From a virus (Duplodnaviria > Caudoviricetes), in IMG/VR virus record IMGVR_UViG_3300020161_002793, positions 1 to 40,758 of that record: a stretch of 40,758 bases of DNA. The stretch is one strand, 5' to 3'. Below are positions 17,564 through 26,646 of this stretch, one piece after another; positions within the stretch are counted from its first letter, which is position 1; every line of letters begins with the position of its first letter. Under the pieces are notes generated by a model. That model was not told the DNA's origin and searched no databases. It saw only the letters and a program-made list of their open reading frames with translations. The position numbers and the translations under genes were made by a program.

Positions 17564-17777
17564 TCAACAAAAGTCTGCAGCGTATTTGATTTTTGCCGGC
17601 CTGATGGGCTGGCTCTTTGCAAGCACTATTTACGCCGTGAACTTTTGGGCGGGGCTGTTGGTCTTGAGATACTACGAAGTGATAGATGACATCATTCCGT
17701 ATCAGGGTTGTTTTGTTTTAGCCGCGCTAATAAACCTTACATTGGTTTACGACAGAGCTATCAGACTAAAAAAATAG
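17556..17777 (+). CDS. Small membrane protein
   Basis: Two hydrophobic segments. Confidence 0.55.
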   Translation: MSNQQKSAAYLIFAGLMGWLFASTIYAVNFWAGLLVLRYYEVIDDIIPYQGCFVLAALINLTLVYDRAIRLKK

Positions 17778-17811
17778 TCTTACGAATCTTCGTATCTTTT
17801 CTCGTTGGTCG

Positions 17812-17958
17812 TCATACGCCACCGTCAATAATTTTGGAAGGCGGGGTTTCCATTTTCAGAACCATCTCGGCCATCACCCATTGAATTGTGTCAGGGTGTG
17901 TTCCGGCAAGAACTTCTCGCATCTGAGATTTTAGTTCTTCAATTTCTTTTTCAGTCAT
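17812..17958 (-). CDS. Small hypothetical protein (48 aa); 3' end overlaps a box A core at 17812-17826
   Basis: MTEKEIEELKSQMREVLAG...; RBS AGGAG; TAATG coupling. Confidence 0.5.
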   Translation of the reverse strand: MTEKEIEELKSQMREVLAGTHPDTIQWVMAEMVLKMETPPSKIIDGGV

Positions 17959-18092
17959 TACCTTCTCCTTGTCTGTTTATGTCTTCTTCTATTGTTTGCC
18001 CTGTCGTGCTCTCTGAGCGTGTATTTGATGAGCAACCAAATAATTGTCCACGACACGATTGCGAACAGCAAGAACTTTGCGTCTTCGGTCAT
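17958..18092 (-). CDS. Small membrane peptide with basic tail (44 aa)
   Basis: MTEDAKFLLFAIVSWTIIWLLIKY...RRR; RBS AAGGG. Confidence 0.5.
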   Translation of the reverse strand: MTEDAKFLLFAIVSWTIIWLLIKYTLREHDRANNRRRHKQTRRR

Positions 18093-18156
18093 TGTTTCCC
18101 TTTCCTTGATGACGGGCTGACAAGCTCGGGGGTGATGCCTGCCAACCCGTCAAAGC

Positions 18157-19641
18157 CTACTTCAAATACAGAACTTTGGAAGTTCTTGAATGATAAACAT
18201 ACCCAAGATGATATGGAACGATACTCGTAACTTTTTCACGACGCTGGAGTGCTTTCAACATTTCAATAGCGTCGTCGGCTGTTGGTACAACATAGATGCC
18301 ATTTTTTTTACAGATGTTGATACATTCCATTTCAAGCCCAGCACCTTGGCAATCGTTTTTCCCAGTAACCCCACCATCAGAAACCCAAATAATTGGTTCT
18401 TTGAGATTTTTCCTTTGAGAGACTGCCCACAGCAAAGCCGGGCCATCTACTCCGTTGCCACCATTAGGGCTTGGCAACTGTTCAATCATTCTCCCATTTT
18501 TGCCAATTACATACAGATTTGGTTTGACATTAGAGCCACCAGAATACTGAGCCACAAGCGCATTGGGAGAACTCAACAACATTTCTCTTACCTGTTCAGC
18601 AGCAAGAGACATTGAGCCACTTCTGTCAATCAGAAGAATACCCCCACTACCTTTTGTTACTCGGTCAAAGATGCGTCTTTGTGGGTCGGTGTAAAGACGA
18701 GAAATACGGCGTGGACTTTTCCCAAATTGAGAAGGACTTCTTTTTTTACTAATTGAGCCATAAACATTTTTTGTAAGCATTGGGGTTGAAACTTTGAGTT
18801 CTTCCCATTGGTTTTTCGCTGCTTTTTTGGGGGCTGACCATTCAATTTCTTCTTTGGCCATTCGCAACTCATTACCTTTTCGGCCTTGGCGGGATTTACC
18901 AAGCATTTTTTGCCATTCGTTTTGTTGGTCAGGATTTGAATTTTCGGCGTCAGCACCTTCTTCAAAGGCGTCAGCAACTTCTTCAATCCACTTGGCCAAC
19001 ATTTCTGTATAACCGAACCCGTGCCTATCTGGTCGTGGGGAAGTAGAGACATACGCAGAAGCGATATCTTCGTTCAAACGCTCGTCAAAGTATTCCTTTG
19101 AAGCCACGGAAATTTCTTTTACTGGTTTTGCCCATTCGGGTTTGAGATTTGAAATTTCTTCAACAAAGCTGTCAAATTCGGCAGTTCGTGAGTATTTGAC
19201 AGAATTGAGAAGGGCATCTTTCATAGTTCCAACCTGAGCAATACGAGTTGCTACAAACTTTCCAGTTCCGTTTTGGATAAATTTTTCCGGCTCAAACCCA
19301 AGAAAGTTCAGATACGAATGAACACGGAGTTCTTCGCAGGCCACAAGAGCGTTAGAAGAAGCGTAACCTCTTGGTATCCAAACTTTCTCCATTTCTTTTT
19401 CGCTCGGAGAAATTTTGGCGTGAACCATTTCGTGAGCCTGAATATGTCTTGTGGTTTCGTCGTTGCCGATTGGCACAGACAAGATGCGACTGTCTACAAC
19501 AGCGAAAGGTTGGCCTGAATAAACAGACCAATTCCCTTTCTCAACATCTTCTCTAGTGAGCATCTCGGGTTCGGGGACAAGAAATTTAGAAGTGCTGACA
19601 CTCACTTCTGCGCTTGAATTACTTCCTGAATAGATATCCAT
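18157..19641 (-). CDS. vWA-domain protein with N-terminal HExxH metallopeptidase-like domain
   Basis: AHEMVH, EELRV; MIDAS DRSGSM; WVSDG. Confidence 0.82.
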   Translation of the reverse strand: MDIYSGSNSSAEVSVSTSKFLVPEPEMLTREDVEKGNWSVYSGQPFAVVDSRILSVPIGNDETTRHIQAHEMVHAKISPSEKEMEKVWIPRGYASSNALVACEELRVHSYLNFLGFEPEKFIQNGTGKFVATRIAQVGTMKDALLNSVKYSRTAEFDSFVEEISNLKPEWAKPVKEISVASKEYFDERLNEDIASAYVSTSPRPDRHGFGYTEMLAKWIEEVADAFEEGADAENSNPDQQNEWQKMLGKSRQGRKGNELRMAKEEIEWSAPKKAAKNQWEELKVSTPMLTKNVYGSISKKRSPSQFGKSPRRISRLYTDPQRRIFDRVTKGSGGILLIDRSGSMSLAAEQVREMLLSSPNALVAQYSGGSNVKPNLYVIGKNGRMIEQLPSPNGGNGVDGPALLWAVSQRKNLKEPIIWVSDGGVTGKNDCQGAGLEMECINICKKNGIYVVPTADDAIEMLKALQRREKVTSIVPYHLGYVYHSRTSKVLYLK

Positions 19642-20381
19642 CAGGAAGCCTTTTTTGATGTTTCAATTTTCAATGCGTCCAAGATTGACTTGGCACGGTT
19701 CTGAAATACGATTTCAGCCGCATATTTCGCACCAACAGAACTTCGCAGTTTGTCAAAGGCATACCAAGAGCGCAACGAAACTCTCCTGACCCCAGCATCA
19801 CACATTTGTTTTGCTGGTTCGCGCAAATCTTCGCTCAAACGCAGGAGAGCGTTTGGGTGTGGTTCGTCAATACGGATACAGACGGGGAAACGGTCTTTCA
19901 GTGCGATAGGGAGTTCTTCCATCTGCTCAATGTTCGTTGTCATAACAACGCTGAAACCTTTCAGGGGAACAACTTGTTCCTGCGTTTCAGGATTTGACCA
20001 AACTGCGCTTTCAGCACTGTCTGTGATTGCGAGAAGTGTTGCGAACACATCTCCACCTGCTTTGTCAATTTCATCTACGACAAGTCGGCCACCAACTTCC
20101 CCGTTGCCTCGCCAAGCTCTGATGCCTGCGCCCTCAAGCCAAGTAAGCCCACCAGTTTTTTCTTGAACCCACATTCCTGTAACTTCGGCAGTTGTCATAT
20201 CGTCGGTACAGGCCAAACGGTGTGCGCCACCCTGAACATCTCCAAGAGAAAGGCCAGCGTATGTCTTTCCAATTCCAGGTGCGCCATAAAGAACAACTCG
20301 GTCAATTCCGGCGTTCAACGCATCTTCAAGAACCTGCCAGCATTTTGGAAGGAGAGTATTTTTTGATTTTGTCTTTGTCAT
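19641..20381 (-). CDS. MoxR-type AAA+ ATPase
   Basis: Walker A GAPGIGKT, Walker B VVDEID, MTTN, ALKDRF; coupled to the vWA gene. Confidence 0.88.
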   Translation of the reverse strand: MTKTKSKNTLLPKCWQVLEDALNAGIDRVVLYGAPGIGKTYAGLSLGDVQGGAHRLACTDDMTTAEVTGMWVQEKTGGLTWLEGAGIRAWRGNGEVGGRLVVDEIDKAGGDVFATLLAITDSAESAVWSNPETQEQVVPLKGFSVVMTTNIEQMEELPIALKDRFPVCIRIDEPHPNALLRLSEDLREPAKQMCDAGVRRVSLRSWYAFDKLRSSVGAKYAAEIVFQNRAKSILDALKIETSKKAS

Positions 20382-20410
20382 TTCTGACCCCTTTTGTAGT
20401 AGTTATTTTT

Positions 20411-20439
20411 ATGTTAGGTATTTAGTAGAAATATGTCAA
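20411..20439 (-). promoter_or_regulatory. SigA-type promoter
   Basis: TTGACA-N17-TAACAT. Confidence 0.7.
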
Positions 20440-20478
20440 GTAGGGGTGAGTAAGTTCATACCCACCCCTACAGGATTG

Positions 20479-20883
20479 TTAGGAAGCTTGAGCGACGCTC
20501 TGTTGCTTCTTGGCTTTTGCTTCTGCTGACACAGGTGTTACACGAACCTGTGAGTATGGGGTAACGGTAGCGACGGTGTCGGCTACTTGTTGGTCAATCA
20601 ACCCCATCTTGATTGCGCTTTCCATCAGGTCATTATCCACGACCATCTTGGTAACTTTTTTCAGGACAGTCGGCTTGACCATCTGTGAAAGAGTTTCAGC
20701 GTCAAATGACACTCGGGTTGCTTCCACGATTTTGACGATTACGCCATTTGTCGTGTAGTTGTCAATTCCGGCCTTGGCGAGTTCCTGTCGGAGTTCTGCT
20801 TCCGCGGCTTTTTTTGCTTTTGTTGCTTCTGCTTCTTGTTGTTTCAGAACCAAATAGTTCTGAACTGTCTGTTCAAGTGCCAT
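20479..20883 (-). CDS. Coiled-coil phage hypothetical protein
   Basis: RBS GAAGGAAAG before ATG 20883; own promoter and downstream hairpin 20440-20472. Confidence 0.7.
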   Translation of the reverse strand: MALEQTVQNYLVLKQQEAEATKAKKAAEAELRQELAKAGIDNYTTNGVIVKIVEATRVSFDAETLSQMVKPTVLKKVTKMVVDNDLMESAIKMGLIDQQVADTVATVTPYSQVRVTPVSAEAKAKKQQSVAQAS

Positions 20884-20921
20884 CTTTCCTTCTTTCTGTA
20901 GTGGTTGTGATTGGCACTTGT

Positions 20922-20950
20922 AACCTACAGGGGACACAATGAAATGTCAA
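20922..20950 (-). promoter_or_regulatory. SigA-type promoter
   Basis: TTGACA-N17-TAGGTT. Confidence 0.7.
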
Positions 20951-21160
20951 GTGTTATTCGGAAATACTTCTCCAGAGTTTGTGTGGCCTTCGGCACAAGG
21001 TTTTGGCTGTTTGTTTGCGACGGTCAGTAAACCGAACAGCTCTAAATCTAAAGCCATCAGCGAACTGTTGTCTCTCGGCATCTGACCAAACAGCTTTGAT
21101 TTTTCGTTTCATACCCAATTATCGCACAGCCGGTTTGGCCAGACGCAACGGTCTCGGCCA

Positions 21161-21220
21161 TCATACGCCACCGTCGCAACAAGAAGAAGCCCCGTTTGCT
21201 ATTCCCCGGCACGGGGCTTC
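21161..21220 (+). repeat. Bipartite dispersed repeat, copy 3; box B forms an inverted repeat
   Basis: TCATACGCCACCGTC GCAACAAGA GAAGCCCCGT...ACGGGGCTTC (gap 12). Confidence 0.85.
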
Positions 21221-21335
21221 TGGTCGCCATCTGGCCGCTTGGCCGCGCACGAGCTGTCCGGCACGGAACTGGATTGCTTCGCTGTCGGTCAAGCAACAAA
21301 TATACCCTTTGTGTCTAAGAACACATAAATATAAC

Positions 21336-21364
21336 TTGACATTTATGCTTGTCTTTTATACATT
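21336..21364 (+). promoter_or_regulatory. SigA-type promoter
   Basis: TTGACA-N17-TACATT. Confidence 0.7.
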
Positions 21365-21400
21365 ACAAGAGTTACATAAACCAATCCCAAAGGGGGAATA

Positions 21401-21868
21401 ATGTCCACACTCACCGAGCAGGTAAAAAACCTGTTCATCGCTACTGGGTCAGAAAGAGATGCCGATGAAAATCTGTCTCTCACCAAGGCTCTGTTCTACA
21501 CAATCAACAAAGCCGGTTCTCATCGGGTTGTCTTCTCAGCAGGAGATATCTACGACGGGCTGGAAGAACTTGGCGACAAGTTCGTTCTCGGAACAAACGA
21601 AGTGGCGATTGCGATTGAAACAACTGGCTGGGCTGCTCCGATTGAAGGAAATGAAGATGAAGATGAAGATGAAATGGTTGCGCCAAGTCAGCACCCAAAG
21701 CGTCGTCGTGTTCGTCTGATGTCAATCGTAACTCGCAGTTACGAAGTTGCTAGTGCCTTGGGTTTCGCCGACGATGATGAAATCGTTACCGACTCAGGAA
21801 CTGCTAGGGGTTCATTGGCAGAAGCTTTGCTTCACACGATGAAACAAATCGTTAGCAAGTCCAACTAA
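21401..21868 (+). CDS. Hypothetical actinophage-type protein
   Basis: TTGWAAP....PSQHPKRRRVRL motif; RBS, promoter and terminator present. Confidence 0.75.
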   Translation: MSTLTEQVKNLFIATGSERDADENLSLTKALFYTINKAGSHRVVFSAGDIYDGLEELGDKFVLGTNEVAIAIETTGWAAPIEGNEDEDEDEMVAPSQHPKRRRVRLMSIVTRSYEVASALGFADDDEIVTDSGTARGSLAEALLHTMKQIVSKSN

Positions 21869-21890
21869 ATAGCCGACTAAACTCGGTTCT

Positions 21891-21931
21891 AACAAAGCCC
21901 CATCGCCTTCGGGTGGTGGGGCTTTCGTTTG
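21891..21931 (+). terminator. Intrinsic terminator
   Basis: AAAGCCCCATCGCC-TTCG-GGTGGTGGGGCTTT. Confidence 0.75.
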
Positions 21932-21998
21932 TCCCCAATCAGACGCGCTTCGTTTCCGCGATTGTCCAACGCGCTTCGCTTCCGCGATTGCCGGTCCG

Positions 21999-22049
21999 TC
22001 TTCCACCACCGTCGCAACAAGACTGAACCATTTGGGGCAATAGCCCCGT
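21999..22049 (+). repeat. Bipartite dispersed repeat, copy 4
   Basis: TCTTCCACCACCGTC GCAACAAGA...TAGCCCCGT (gap 28). Confidence 0.88.
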
Positions 22050-22156
22050 GGGTTTTAGATTGAACCTCTTCGGCCTGCAGCTTCTCGGCCTTCAGGCTCC
22101 CGGCCTGCAGCTTTCCGGCCTGACTAAAAAATTTCTGAATTTCTTATCATTGACAC

Positions 22157-22185
22157 TTGACAATCACACACGGGCTATATACACT
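22157..22185 (+). promoter_or_regulatory. SigA-type promoter
   Basis: TTGACA-N17-TACACT. Confidence 0.7.
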
Positions 22186-22216
22186 CAATGGCACATCACA
22201 TACAAAAGGAGAAATT

Positions 22217-22735
22217 ATGGGAATGGATGTATTTGGGAATAATCCCCGAAACAAAGAAGGCGAATATTTCAGAAACAATGTTTGGTGGTGGAGGCCACTC
22301 GCAGATTTCATCTTGGAGTGCTACCCCGAAATTGCAAACAAATGCGAGCATTGGCACAGCAACGACGGAGATGGTCTTGACGCTCACGACGCAAAAGAAC
22401 TCGCCGAAAGATTGCAGGCCGACATTGAAAATGGCAAAGTTTCCGAATGGGAAAAAAACTATAACGAATGGCGTTCTTCGCTTCCTCGTGAAGCGTGCGA
22501 AATTTGTAATTGCACAGGCATTCGGTCTGATGAGCGTGGAGTTGAAATGGGAATGCCCGACAAAGAACTTTCTCCCGAAAACAAAATTCTTACTGGCCGC
22601 GAATACGGTTGGTGCAACAGTTGCGACGGTGTGGGAACAAAAGAAAATTGGCTTAGTTCATATCCGTTTGAAACTGACAACGTAAAAGAATTTGCCAACT
22701 TTCTCAAAAATTCAGGAGGTTTCAAAATCTGCTAG
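22217..22735 (+). CDS. Hypothetical phage protein with DnaJ-like CxxCxGxG Zn motifs
   Basis: GEYFRNNVWWWRPL; CEICNCTG, CNSCDGVG; SGGF.IC; RBS AAGGAG. Confidence 0.75.
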   Translation: MGMDVFGNNPRNKEGEYFRNNVWWWRPLADFILECYPEIANKCEHWHSNDGDGLDAHDAKELAERLQADIENGKVSEWEKNYNEWRSSLPREACEICNCTGIRSDERGVEMGMPDKELSPENKILTGREYGWCNSCDGVGTKENWLSSYPFETDNVKEFANFLKNSGGFKIC

Positions 22736-22798
22736 TTGCTTTTATTTCATAACCGATATACCATAACAATCAAACAGCAATCACCCAAAGGAGGCGTG

Positions 22799-23017
22799 AT
22801 GATTACCAAGCAAGCAAAACTTGCCGCAAAACTGTGTGAATTTCGCACAGAGGCAGGACTGACACAGCAAGAAGTCGCAGACCTCGCAGGTATTGACCGT
22901 AAAACAGTCAATAGAATTGAGAACAACCGTTTCTCGCCAAGCGTGGACACAATTCTTCGTCTTTGTGTTACGTTCGCAAAAAAACCATCCGAAGTATTTG
23001 AATCGGCAGGTTTGTAA
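22799..23017 (+). CDS. XRE/Cro-family HTH regulator
   Basis: R...GLTQQEVADLAGIDRKTVNRIENNRFSPS; promoter TTGCTT-N17-TACCAT at 22736-22764. Confidence 0.88.
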   Translation: MITKQAKLAAKLCEFRTEAGLTQQEVADLAGIDRKTVNRIENNRFSPSVDTILRLCVTFAKKPSEVFESAGL

Positions 23018-23269
23018 ATGACCACGACAAAAACACCAGTCTCGGGGGTAGAAATTACCCCTGAGATGGCAAGCAATATTGCCAAGATTACAGAAAAAGG
23101 GCAACTTGATATGGCCACTAATTTCTTGAAAGTCTTGAAAGATAACTACTCATTGGAAGACCTCGGTGTTTTGGACGTTCTTGACGCTCTTGGTATTTGT
23201 GGTTTGTCTTTGACAATCGGCGAATGGGCTTCCTACACCTATCTCACAGAACTCGCAAAGGAGGCGTAA
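23018..23269 (+). CDS. Hypothetical protein
   Basis: Coupled operon gene. Confidence 0.6.
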   Translation: MTTTKTPVSGVEITPEMASNIAKITEKGQLDMATNFLKVLKDNYSLEDLGVLDVLDALGICGLSLTIGEWASYTYLTELAKEA

Positions 23270-23700
23270 TGGCTACTCGCTCAATTTTCGCTGAAACAAC
23301 ATCCGAAGGATGGCGCGGCCGGTATTGCCATTGGGACGGACACCCTGGGACAAAGATTGACCAGTTGCTTTTTCTTGTCGCCCGTGATGGCCTAGAGAAA
23401 GTCAAACAGGTTCTTCTCCACGACAACTACTCGTGGTCTTCTATTGACCCTTTCTCCGAACCCGACAGTTCAGAAACCCGCTTCAAAAATGTTGCTGGTT
23501 ACGGTATCGCACATAACGATTTGACCGAAACTGAACAGTATTGGTTTCAGCAATCTGATGCCGATTTCGCTTGGACGGAATACTTGTATGTATTCGGTAA
23601 TGATGGCATTCAAGTTTGGTCAGCGACTGGAGAAAATGAATGGGAAACTTCTTTGAGTAACTTCCATCCATACACTTCAAAACTGGAAACATCCAAATAG
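23269..23700 (+). CDS. Hypothetical phage protein (YCHWDG-type)
   Basis: MATRS...YCHWDGHP...EYLYVF; RBS AAGGAGG. Confidence 0.75.
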   Translation: MATRSIFAETTSEGWRGRYCHWDGHPGTKIDQLLFLVARDGLEKVKQVLLHDNYSWSSIDPFSEPDSSETRFKNVAGYGIAHNDLTETEQYWFQQSDADFAWTEYLYVFGNDGIQVWSATGENEWETSLSNFHPYTSKLETSK

Positions 23701-23771
23701 TCAGTTTCAAAAATTTCCCCTATCCGAGTAAGACGCAACTCGGGTAGGGGAATTGTTGTATCGGGAGAAAA

Positions 23772-24332
23772 ATGTTCGTTGATAAAGAATTACTTGAAAC
23801 CATCAAAGACCTTGTGGTTCAGTTGAAAGAAATTGCTGACAGAGAAAAATGGCCAGCCGCACCCCCGGCAGTATTGTTCAAAGAGAACAAAAAGGGAAGT
23901 GAGAATATGCTCACCGACCTAGATGACGACCAAGACACGCTTGAAGAATGTGCTATTAGTGCGCTCAGCAGAATAGTAAATCAGGGCATTAGAGATGTCC
24001 TGTGGGCAGGTATTCTGTGCGAAGGCTACGCACTCATTGAAGGAAAAGTGATGCGAGAGCCGGAAACGAAATCACTTGAAGAAGAATTTGGAAACAATCC
24101 GTTCACCAAAGTAACCGAAGTTGTCGCAGTTTGTATCGCTGATAACAAATTACGGAGTGAAACAATTATGTTTCCTTATAAGAGAGATGATTTCGGAAAG
24201 ACCGTCATTGGCGAACCATATCTACGTTCCCAAGACCCCGAGAATTGCGACAACAGCAATCTTTCATCCTTTGAACAAATCTCTTTGAGGTTTCAAGAAG
24301 TCTTACTGGGTCTTCGTAAATCCAACTTCTGA
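23772..24332 (+). CDS. Hypothetical protein
   Basis: 186-aa ORF with RBS GGGAG; hairpin 23715-23752 upstream. Confidence 0.65.
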   Translation: MFVDKELLETIKDLVVQLKEIADREKWPAAPPAVLFKENKKGSENMLTDLDDDQDTLEECAISALSRIVNQGIRDVLWAGILCEGYALIEGKVMREPETKSLEEEFGNNPFTKVTEVVAVCIADNKLRSETIMFPYKRDDFGKTVIGEPYLRSQDPENCDNSNLSSFEQISLRFQEVLLGLRKSNF

Positions 24333-24370
24333 TTGCCTTCTGACCGGCACGCAGTCAGCTGCTTGCCCGC

Positions 24371-24421
24371 TCATCCGCCACCGTTACAACAAGATGATGC
24401 GGCTTTGTTTCAAAGCCCCGT
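24371..24421 (+). repeat. Bipartite dispersed repeat, copy 5
   Basis: TCATCCGCCACCGTT ACAACAAGA...AAGCCCCGT (gap 28). Confidence 0.88.
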
Positions 24422-24614
24422 TGGGGTTGAAATCTGCCGCAGCAGCTGCGCCGCGGCTACTTTCCGGCCCTTTCGGGCAGAAGCGGGGCTGTTGGTCTTC
24501 AGGGGGGGGGTGGAATGAATTTGCCGGCAGAACTCTCGTCGCGCTAGGGCTGGCCGAAGTCGGTTGGCCGAAGATGGCCGAAGCTGGCCACCGATTAAGA
24601 ATCTTTAAAAAAAG

Positions 24615-24643
24615 TTGCAATTAAGTGCCTTAGACGGTATATT
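24615..24643 (+). promoter_or_regulatory. SigA-type promoter
   Basis: TTGCAA-N17-TATATT. Confidence 0.6.
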
Positions 24644-24676
24644 AAATAGAAATAAACTAATTACCTAAGGGGGTAT

Positions 24677-25099
24677 ATGAGTTATCTGGAGAAAGTGCAA
24701 ACTCTTCTGGCTGCAGAGCCACAGAGACAAGAAAGAGAAGTGAAGTGGGTATGGCGTTCACAGTCGCAAGAACTTGAAACGCTTGAACACACGGGCGAGC
24801 CAGTCGGAGTCCATATCCAACTGAGAATTAGCCACGATTCCAAGCGTAAGACTTTGAAGGCCACACTCAGTAAGGCTCATTGGAAGAATTCTGATTCGCC
24901 AGGATTCTCAATTACCTTCATGAGTCCATTTGACGCTATTAACTATCCGTCATTTACTGTCGCCACGATGTCGTTGCCACGATACTCGGGGACGCAGGCC
25001 AGAATCTTTGAAGAAGTCGTGCGAAATTCTTTGGCTCAATATTGCGAAACAAGTCAGGCAGTTTCAGCCCTCGTTGATACCGCATTGACTTACCAGTAA
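24677..25099 (+). CDS. Hypothetical protein
   Basis: RBS AAGGGGG; own promoter and terminator. Confidence 0.7.
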   Translation: MSYLEKVQTLLAAEPQRQEREVKWVWRSQSQELETLEHTGEPVGVHIQLRISHDSKRKTLKATLSKAHWKNSDSPGFSITFMSPFDAINYPSFTVATMSLPRYSGTQARIFEEVVRNSLAQYCETSQAVSALVDTALTYQ

Positions 25100-25111
25100 G
25101 CAAGCAAGCCT

Positions 25112-25156
25112 TAGGGCTGATTACCCCTCACACGGGGTAGTCAGCCCTATTTTTTT
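25112..25156 (+). terminator. Intrinsic terminator
   Basis: TAGGGCTGATTACCCC-loop-GGGGTAGTCAGCCCTA plus T-tract. Confidence 0.8.
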
Positions 25157-25192
25157 GCCCAAGCTCAGTTGTGCCCATTGGCCTGCCGATGC

Positions 25193-25243
25193 TCATCCGC
25201 CGCCGTCGCTACAAGACGCAAACTTGCCGTCCCGAAGCCCCGT
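25193..25243 (+). repeat. Bipartite dispersed repeat, copy 6
   Basis: TCATCCGCCGCCGTC GCTACAAGA...AAGCCCCGT (gap 28), immediately followed by TATAAT. Confidence 0.88.
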
Positions 25244-25255
25244 TATAATCAATCT

Positions 25256-25450
25256 ATGAACCTTTACCATTGCGAAATATGCGGCCACCCGGTTGACCCG
25301 TCCCACACCAACGTTGCGCATTTAGTTACCGCATGGCTAAAGGGAGGAAGGGGCGCAGTTGTCAGGGTCGTTGAAAAACAGTACAGATATGCACATGTTG
25401 TGTGTGCTGAGTCCACTCCGAAAGCAGAGCAAGTAGAAAAGCTTTTTTAA
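25256..25450 (+). CDS. Small Zn-binding protein (probably leaderless)
   Basis: CEICG...H..C; TATAAT 6 nt before ATG. Confidence 0.6.
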   Translation: MNLYHCEICGHPVDPSHTNVAHLVTAWLKGGRGAVVRVVEKQYRYAHVVCAESTPKAEQVEKLF

Positions 25451-25496
25451 AGCGAGAAGAGTACTAGCAGAACGCAAGCAACTGTAAAGAATTCAA

Positions 25497-25739
25497 TCAT
25501 GATGCACGCTCCGCGAGTTTAACAATTTCTTCTTTCGCGATTTGGCCAATAATATCCTGAACAGTCAGGTAGTCGGTTTGCCAAACTTTGATTTTGTAGT
25601 TAAGCCGGCCGTTGTGAAGGTCATCGAACAATTTGCTCACGCCCTTAATTGGCGGAGCTCCGTAAGGAAGATATTCATCCAAGAGAATTTCTTTGATGTC
25701 TTTCTCGGTAAAGTCTCTCGGGTCGCTGAAGTCCCCCAT
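25497..25739 (-). CDS. Hypothetical protein
   Basis: RBS AAGGGA; promoter TTGACA-N17-TACATT at 25798-25770. Confidence 0.7.
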   Translation of the reverse strand: MGDFSDPRDFTEKDIKEILLDEYLPYGAPPIKGVSKLFDDLHNGRLNYKIKVWQTDYLTVQDIIGQIAKEEIVKLAERAS

Positions 25740-25802
25740 TTAAATCCCTTTCTTTTTTGTGTGCTGCACAATGTACATGACACCCGTCTGGATGTCAACT
25801 AT

Positions 25803-26081
25803 TTATTTCTGCGGGAAAATTATTTCTTGACCGAGTTGGATGCCGGCTCCATAGATGCGAACGGTGTCGTCAACAGCGTTGAGAAGGTGGCCAGAACAAT
25901 TAGCTTGCACGAGGTCCCAGATGGTGTCACCGTATGAAACGACAATCGGGTTGGAATTGCAGCTGTATGCATTAACACGAATCTCGTGTTGCATATATGC
26001 AAATCCGGCCAAGAAAGTCCCCAGAGCAAGAATGCCACCAGTGACAATATTGAAATGAGTTTGACGATTACGTGAGCTCAT
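25803..26081 (-). CDS. TM plus LysM-like protein, paralog A
   Basis: N-terminal TM; IVVSYGDTIWDLV...IQLGQEIIFP. Confidence 0.7.
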   Translation of the reverse strand: MSSRNRQTHFNIVTGGILALGTFLAGFAYMQHEIRVNAYSCNSNPIVVSYGDTIWDLVQANCSGHLLNAVDDTVRIYGAGIQLGQEIIFPQK

Positions 26082-26144
26082 AGAACCAAGTCTACGAACT
26101 TATTTAAAAAACGCAACAGCTGCTGAGACCAAGGCGGCAGCTCG

Positions 26145-26194
26145 ACATCCGCCACCGTCGTTACAAGACGTCCAGGTCCGGGCAATAGCCCCGT
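26145..26194 (+). repeat. Bipartite dispersed repeat, copy 7
   Basis: ACATCCGCCACCGTC GTTACAAGA...TAGCCCCGT (gap 27). Confidence 0.88.
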
Positions 26195-26585
26195 GCTAGA
26201 AAAAGAAAAACACGAGTTCAAATGGAAAGCCGAAGCGCCGTGCCGAGGAAGAAGCCTTCGCATCTGAAGCCCGACCCCGCAGTTGATGGGTTTGATGTAA
26301 TAAATTAGCCTGGATTGTCACGCGTTGCGTAAATTTCATAACATTCCTGCCGCTTGACCCGAAGTGCGTTCAGGTTCAGCGGGACTATCGGTCTTCTTTG
26401 GCGGCAGCTGCCATCTCCGGCCGCAGCAGCTACAAAGGAGCTCAACCGGGTCTGGCTGTAGTCCCGCTTGATAAAGGATGTGGGACGTAACACCTGCTGG
26501 CCTGACTGGAAGTCCGCAGAACTTTCTGAATGGCCACCGGCGCAAACTGGCTCAGGAAGACAACCGAGAAGGGAGGAATAGAAAC

Positions 26586-26614
26586 TTGACAATGTTCAAA
26601 AAGTTGGATATCAT
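26586..26614 (+). promoter_or_regulatory. SigA-type promoter
   Basis: TTGACA-N17-TATCAT. Confidence 0.7.
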
Positions 26615-26646
26615 AAACGGTACAAAGAAGGGGAGGGGGTGAAAAA

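Noticed and set aside
20979-21401. ORFs spanning repeat-containing gaps (also 24333-24624, 27024-27336, 27789-27995)
   Set aside because: No RBS, atypical composition, and they run across promoters and repeats; likely chance ORFs in GC-rich non-coding DNA.
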